Source: a virus (taxonomy: Duplodnaviria; Heunggongvirae; Uroviricota; Caudoviricetes). Taken from it: a stretch of 2,218 nt of DNA. The stretch is from IMG/VR virus record IMGVR_UViG_2698536508_000032. The stretch is one strand, 5' to 3'. Shown in pieces: positions 1 to 2,218 of this stretch; position 1 is the stretch's first letter; every line of letters starts with the position of its first letter. The notes beneath the pieces were generated by a model that worked only from the letters and a program-made list of their open reading frames with translations, did no database searches and was not told where the DNA came from. The position numbers were made by a program, and so were the translations under genes.

Positions 1-64
1 TGTGCCCCCATCGCTCTGATAGTCTGGTGTCGTCGGGTCCTTCCTGGAATTATGGCCCGTTACG

Positions 65-76
65 GGGCGGCGACCT
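65..76 (+). other. cosN core, 12-nt cohesive-end sequence GGGCGGCGACCT (copy 1)
   Basis: Exact match to the 12-nt lambda cohesive end, flanked by gttacg on the 5' side and cgcgg on the 3' side as in lambda. Confidence 0.8.
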
Positions 77-115
77 CGCGGTTTTTATCTGTTTATGAGA
101 ATTTTCCGGCAAAAG

Positions 116-132
116 TCAGATCCGATCTTCTT
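116..132 (+). repeat. cosB R3-like terminase small subunit binding element (tcagatccgatcttctt)
   Basis: Occupies the position of lambda R3 (CGTTTCCGTTCTTCTTCG) in the colinear alignment. Its core is AGATCC instead of GTTTCC. Contains two GATC sites (119-122 and 124-127). Confidence 0.6.
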
Positions 133-169
133 CTCTGTAACAGACTGTTTAACAATGAAAATATTAAAA

Positions 170-186
170 AAAGAAAGGATCTGACA
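170..186 (-). repeat. cosB R2-like element, inverted relative to R3 and R1 (minus strand gtcagatcctttctttt)
   Basis: Plus strand reads aaagaaaggatctgac, in the position and orientation of lambda R2 (AAAGAAAGGAAACGACAG). Its reverse complement shares the 12-mer cagatcctttct with R1. Contains GATC at 178-181. Confidence 0.6.
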
Positions 187-214
187 CGAGGCATTTTAGC
201 CAGAAAATGCCATT

Positions 215-231
215 ATCAGATCCTTTCTCAT
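215..231 (+). repeat. cosB R1-like element (atcagatcctttctcat)
   Basis: In the position of lambda R1 (CTGTCGTTTCCTTTCTC). Shares cagatcctttct with inverted R2. Contains GATC at 219-222. Followed by a T-rich tract as in lambda. Confidence 0.6.
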
Positions 232-255
232 TTTTGTTCAATAATTGCGCGTCTG

Positions 256-798
256 TTACTCGCCTTTCTTCTGTAGCAACTTTTCCGGTACGTTTCCGGT
301 TGTTTCTTTCAAGTAATCAGCCAGTATCTGTGGGAGGTTGTCGGCAACTCTGGCACTGGCATTACAGGCTTTAACCACTTCCCTTTTAAGCCTGTCCAGC
401 ATGGCGGGGGTAATCTGTGGGAAGCTCCTTTGCATAGTAAGCGGGAGGATGTCCATGATTGATGAAATCTGACTCGCCAGCTTTGAAAGCGCGTACAGGC
501 AAAACTCAGTATCAATCACGTCACCGCGATCGCGATCGTTTTTAAGTTCCTGCGCCTCTGCCTGTGCTGTCAGTAATCTGATCCTGACTCGTAAAAGTTC
601 ATCATCGTCAATCTCGCCTTTGTCGTTTATAAGCTGGCTAATTGCATTGTTAACCCTATTTTCTATCACGCTGGCAACATCATAAAACGCCTCACGGCCT
701 TTACGCTCAACGGGAGTTACTCCCCACTTGTCGAACGCTGTCGCACTTACACGGCAGCTTTTCGCCATGTTTTTTTTGTTCATCAGATGAGATTTCAT
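256..798 (-). CDS. nu1: Terminase small subunit, lambda Nu1 family (full length, 180 aa from the first ATG)
   Basis: The translation aligns along its whole length with lambda gpNu1 recalled from memory. Examples: N-terminal NKKNMAKSCRVSATAFDKW vs lambda NKKQLADIFGASIRTIQNW (winged-HTH region); RLLTAQAEAQELKNDRDRGDVIDTEFCLYALSKLASQISSIMDILPLTMQRSFPQ vs lambda RLTRAQADAQELKNARDSAEVVETAFCTFVLSRIAGEIASILDGLPLSVQRRFPE; and a conserved C-terminal region. Length (180 aa) matches lambda (181 aa). The start is ambiguous: in-frame ATGs at 796-798, 781-783 and a third further in, none with a strong Shine-Dalgarno sequence. Confidence 0.9.
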   Translation of the reverse strand: MKSHLMNKKNMAKSCRVSATAFDKWGVTPVERKGREAFYDVASVIENRVNNAISQLINDKGEIDDDELLRVRIRLLTAQAEAQELKNDRDRGDVIDTEFCLYALSKLASQISSIMDILPLTMQRSFPQITPAMLDRLKREVVKACNASARVADNLPQILADYLKETTGNVPEKLLQKKGE

Positions 799-799
799 T

Positions 800-837
800 A
801 ATACACCAACTTAATTACTGCTTCAGGTTGGTGTATT
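800..837. repeat. Perfect 11-bp inverted repeat (aatacaccaac, 16-nt spacer, gttggtgtatt) abutting the terS start codon
   Basis: The arms at 800-810 and 827-837 are exact reverse complements. On the minus-strand transcript one arm ends 1 nt before the ATG at 796-798. Confidence 0.5.
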
Positions 838-905
838 GCTTGCATCTTTCCCTTTTCATTCATAAAGATAGATCAAACAACAAAACCACCACCACCCCCC
901 TGAAA

Positions 906-975
906 AGGCTCATAAATAGCGAAAATCCGCGAGGTCTCCGCCCCGTAACAGGTCCATATGCCGGAAAGGACCCGC
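906..975 (-). other. cos: Lambda-type cohesive-end region, copy 2 (cosQ-side flank, cosN, I2-like), inverted relative to copy 1, upstream of terS
   Basis: The reverse complement of 911-975 reads gcgggtcctttccggcatatggacctgttacg|gggcggagacct|cgcggattttcgctatttatga. The 23-mer spanning cosN (gttacg through cgcgg) matches copy 1 (59-81) at 22/23 positions. The following 17 nt of I2-like flank differ from copy 1 at 4 positions but match the lambda sequence more closely, and the cosQ-side flank is about 80% identical to copy 1. Beyond that point (799-905) the sequence diverges from both lambda and copy 1 cosB. Confidence 0.7.
932..943 (-). other. cosN core copy 2, GGGCGGAGACCT on the minus strand (one substitution relative to copy 1)
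   Basis: Plus strand 932-943 is aggtctccgccc. Its reverse complement differs from GGGCGGCGACCT only at position 7 (C to A). Confidence 0.7.
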
Positions 976-998
976 AAAAAAGCCGGATTTCTCCGGCC
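976..998 (-). terminator. Candidate Rho-independent terminator downstream of the 137-aa ORF
   Basis: Minus strand reads ggccggagaaatccggctttttt: a perfect 6-bp GC-rich stem (982-987 pairs with 992-997), a 4-nt loop, then six T. It begins 6 nt after the stop of the 1004..1417 CDS. Confidence 0.6.
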
Positions 999-1003
999 TT
1001 GTC

Positions 1004-1417
1004 TCAGATGGTTTTCAGTATGCGATCGATGTCGCCGTCATCGCCCGGGTTTCTGCCATCGTATGCCATGCCAGCTGATACGGCTTGTGGGCTGTGCATG
1101 TCCATAAAGTTTTCAAAGGCTGCGGTAAGCTCTGGTGCAACCTTCGGGCGTTCCTGCTCTATGGTCATGTTCAGGATGTTTTTAGCCGTATCAACATCAA
1201 TACAAGGCACGTTTGCCATTGCACGTAACAGCGGCTGATAGTCGTCAGATTCATGAAGCGCCATAATCGCATCAGCGCGCGGCTTGTCCTTCTCTTCCAG
1301 GCTGTTAAGTTGATATACGGCCTCGTAGGTTGATAAACCTCTGTCAGCCATTGCCCGCGCTTCGGCTTTAAATTTACTCGCCAGCGGTAGCGTCATGATA
1401 CTTTCATTCGTTGCCAT
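1004..1417 (-). CDS. Hypothetical acidic protein (137 aa), translationally coupled downstream of the D-like gene; function unknown
   Basis: The start ATG at 1415-1417 is preceded by agggggaacg (Shine-Dalgarno GGGGGA) and lies 12 nt after the D-like stop. There is no frame conflict with its neighbours. Composition is acidic (about 23 D/E vs 14 K/R). No similarity to lambda FI, FII, W or Nu3 could be recognised by eye. Confidence 0.6.
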   Translation of the reverse strand: MATNESIMTLPLASKFKAEARAMADRGLSTYEAVYQLNSLEEKDKPRADAIMALHESDDYQPLLRAMANVPCIDVDTAKNILNMTIEQERPKVAPELTAAFENFMDMHSPQAVSAGMAYDGRNPGDDGDIDRILKTI

Positions 1418-1429
1418 CGTTCCCCCTGC

Positions 1430-1765
1430 TTATCGCGCCAGCGGCTGAACGGATACGCCAGAACCCGCAAAGGCGGCGCATTTTTTCGCGTCGGTGTCGG
1501 CGCTCTCAGGCCAGTTAACGGCGGCAATATTGAATATCCCCGTCTTGTAGCACTGTGCTGATTTCTGCGTCGACGTGTCCACGGGGTACGAGGTCAGATA
1601 AACAGCCTTGCCAGATTCCTGACCATCCCACGGCTTAAACTCGCCATTTTCCGCCAGCATCAGCGGGGTAAATTCCTGAATAACGCCAGCATCAGCAGCA
1701 AAATGTACCAGCGTCGTGGATACCTGCTGACTACCTGCAAATAACTCAATGTATGGAGTGTCCAT
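1430..1765 (-). CDS. D: Head decoration protein, lambda gpD family (111 aa)
   Basis: FTPLMLAENGEFKPWDGQESGKAVYLTSYPVDTSTQKSAQCYKTGIFNIAAVNWPESADTDAKKCAAFAGSGVSVQ aligns with lambda gpD [76 protein letters not shown] (from memory). Length matches gpD (110 aa). Shine-Dalgarno cggggggattct precedes the ATG at 1763-1765. Confidence 0.85.
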   Translation of the reverse strand: MDTPYIELFAGSQQVSTTLVHFAADAGVIQEFTPLMLAENGEFKPWDGQESGKAVYLTSYPVDTSTQKSAQCYKTGIFNIAAVNWPESADTDAKKCAAFAGSGVSVQPLAR

Positions 1766-1777
1766 AGAATCCCCCCG

Positions 1778-2218
1778 TTAACCAATTTTGACGATAACAA
1801 ATTTGCGAATATCTGCCGGTACCGGCTGCGGTGCGCTGTGCGTCTGCACGTACTCAATCGCCGGATCGCCGTCCTCAATCCAGTTTTTCGGGTAAAACAT
1901 GTTTTGCGTTGCGCCCGTTCTGACCGCTTCCTGATCCATAATCGCACCATAGGCCACCAGCCCTTTATTGTTGGTGTTACCCAGGACCAGCAAATCAGGC
2001 TCAAGGAAATATTTTTCGGTGCCGTCGCTGTCAGTGTATTTGCCGGAATAGACGACAAGGGCAATATCGCCCAGATAGCCTTTAAAGCTCACCACTTCAC
2101 CCAGGTTTTTACAGGCCAGTTCTGCGGCGTGAGGTAGCCTGAGTTTAACGGAAACTCCTTCCTGAAATAGAATGGCCTCAGAAGGAGCTAATAATGAGCA
2201 GAAAAACCCAACGTTACT
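1778..2218 (-). CDS. E: Major capsid protein, lambda gpE family, C-terminal portion (5' end lies beyond the window)
   Basis: The frame is open from the window edge to the stop at 1778-1780. LGEVVSFKGYLGDIALVVYSGKYTDSDGTEKYFLEPDLLVLGNTNNKGLVAYGAIMDQEAVRTGATQNMFYPKNWIEDGDPAIEYVQTHSAP aligns with the lambda gpE C-terminus LGKAVSYKGMYGDVAIVVYSGQYVENGVKKNFLPDNTMVLGNTQARGLRTYGCIQDADAQREGINASARYPKNWVTTGDPAREFTMIQSAP (from memory). The ORF-track start at 2095 is a GTG inside this longer open frame. Confidence 0.85.
   Translation of the reverse strand, partial: SNVGFFCSLLAPSEAILFQEGVSVKLRLPHAAELACKNLGEVVSFKGYLGDIALVVYSGKYTDSDGTEKYFLEPDLLVLGNTNNKGLVAYGAIMDQEAVRTGATQNMFYPKNWIEDGDPAIEYVQTHSAPQPVPADIRKFVIVKIG

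Larger units (their letters stand above)
30..235 (+). other. cos: Lambda-type cohesive-end region, copy 1: cosQ-side flank, cosN, I2 and complete cosB (R3-I1-R2-R1)
   Basis: Positions 59-113 read gttacg|gggcggcgacct|cgcggtttttatctgtttatgagaattttccgg, near-identical to the lambda right-end/left-end junction (GTTACG|GGGCGGCGACCT|CGCGGGTTTTCGCTATTTATGAAAATTTTCCGG) as recalled from memory. Colinearity with the lambda left end continues for about 170 bp through three R-like elements and an A/T-rich I1-like segment. The 74-aa plus-strand ORF at 52..276 overlaps this region and is judged spurious. Confidence 0.8.

Noticed and set aside
191-212. Hairpin ggcatttt-agccag-aaaatgcc as a possible terminator after terS
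   Set aside because: It has no adjacent T tract on either strand and occupies the position of the GAGGC/GCCTC dyad between R2 and R1 in lambda cosB, so it is better explained as part of the cosB architecture.
52-276. Plus-strand ORF of 74 aa (MARYGAATSRF...)
   Set aside because: It lies entirely over the cosN and cosB sequence that is colinear with the non-coding lambda left end, has no recognisable ribosome-binding site, and its translation is low-complexity. Judged a chance ORF.
309-515. Minus-strand 68-aa ORF nested inside the terS gene in another frame
   Set aside because: Fully embedded in the well-supported Nu1-like CDS, with no homology and no independent signals.
525-538. Tandem palindromic cgcgatcgcgatcg, as a possible repeat or restriction-site cluster
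   Set aside because: It encodes the conserved DRDRGD stretch of the Nu1-like protein (lambda has ARDSAE here) and is most simply a coding coincidence; too short to call a repeat element.
828-1238. Plus-strand 136-aa ORF spanning cos copy 2 and running antisense to the 137-aa gene
   Set aside because: It crosses the cos site and the terminator hairpin, lacks a Shine-Dalgarno sequence, and is antisense to an operon-embedded gene that has a strong ribosome-binding site.
1421-1777. C/G homopolymer tracts (cccccc at 1771-1776, ccccc at 1422-1426) as candidate phase-variation slippage sites
   Set aside because: Tracts of 5-6 nt are below the length usually associated with slipped-strand switching, and both serve as the G-rich Shine-Dalgarno sequences of the D-like and 137-aa genes on the minus strand.
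1660-2064. Minus-strand 134-aa ORF in an alternative frame over the D and E genes
   Set aside because: Overlaps two CDSs with clear lambda gpD and gpE homology in other frames; its translation is Arg- and Trp-rich and looks like a frame artefact.
1838-2137. Plus-strand 99-aa ORF antisense to the E-like gene
   Set aside because: Antisense shadow of the gpE-like CDS, with no start signals.
2180-2218. Strong Shine-Dalgarno-like gaaggag followed by ATG at 2194 on the plus strand (MSRKTQRY...)
   Set aside because: It falls inside the open reading frame of the gpE-like gene on the opposite strand, whose homology to lambda E continues through this region, and only 8 codons are visible. A real convergent gene cannot be supported from the window.

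Overview
This window is a lambda-family phage head/DNA-packaging region, with all four supported genes on the minus strand. Reading 5' to 3' on the minus strand: the C-terminal part of a gpE-like major capsid protein (1778..2218, runs off the window), a gpD-like head decoration protein (1430..1765), an acidic 137-aa protein of unknown function (1004..1417), an intrinsic terminator, a lambda-type cos site in minus orientation (cosN 932..943), and a full-length Nu1-like terminase small subunit (256..798). Downstream of that gene, on the plus strand, lies a second and more complete lambda-type cos (cosN 65..76 with a colinear R3-I1-R2-R1 cosB). Three things are unusual and are the main findings: two cos sites in inverted orientation bracket the terS gene; the gene order (E, D, unknown, cos, terS, with no large terminase gene following terS) is unlike lambda (cos, Nu1, A, ..., D, E); and the cosB R elements carry a GATC-containing core in place of lambda's GTTTCC. 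Homology calls rest on by-eye alignment to lambda Nu1, D, E and cos sequences recalled from memory; no database search was run. No rRNA, tRNA, CRISPR array or transposase is visible.
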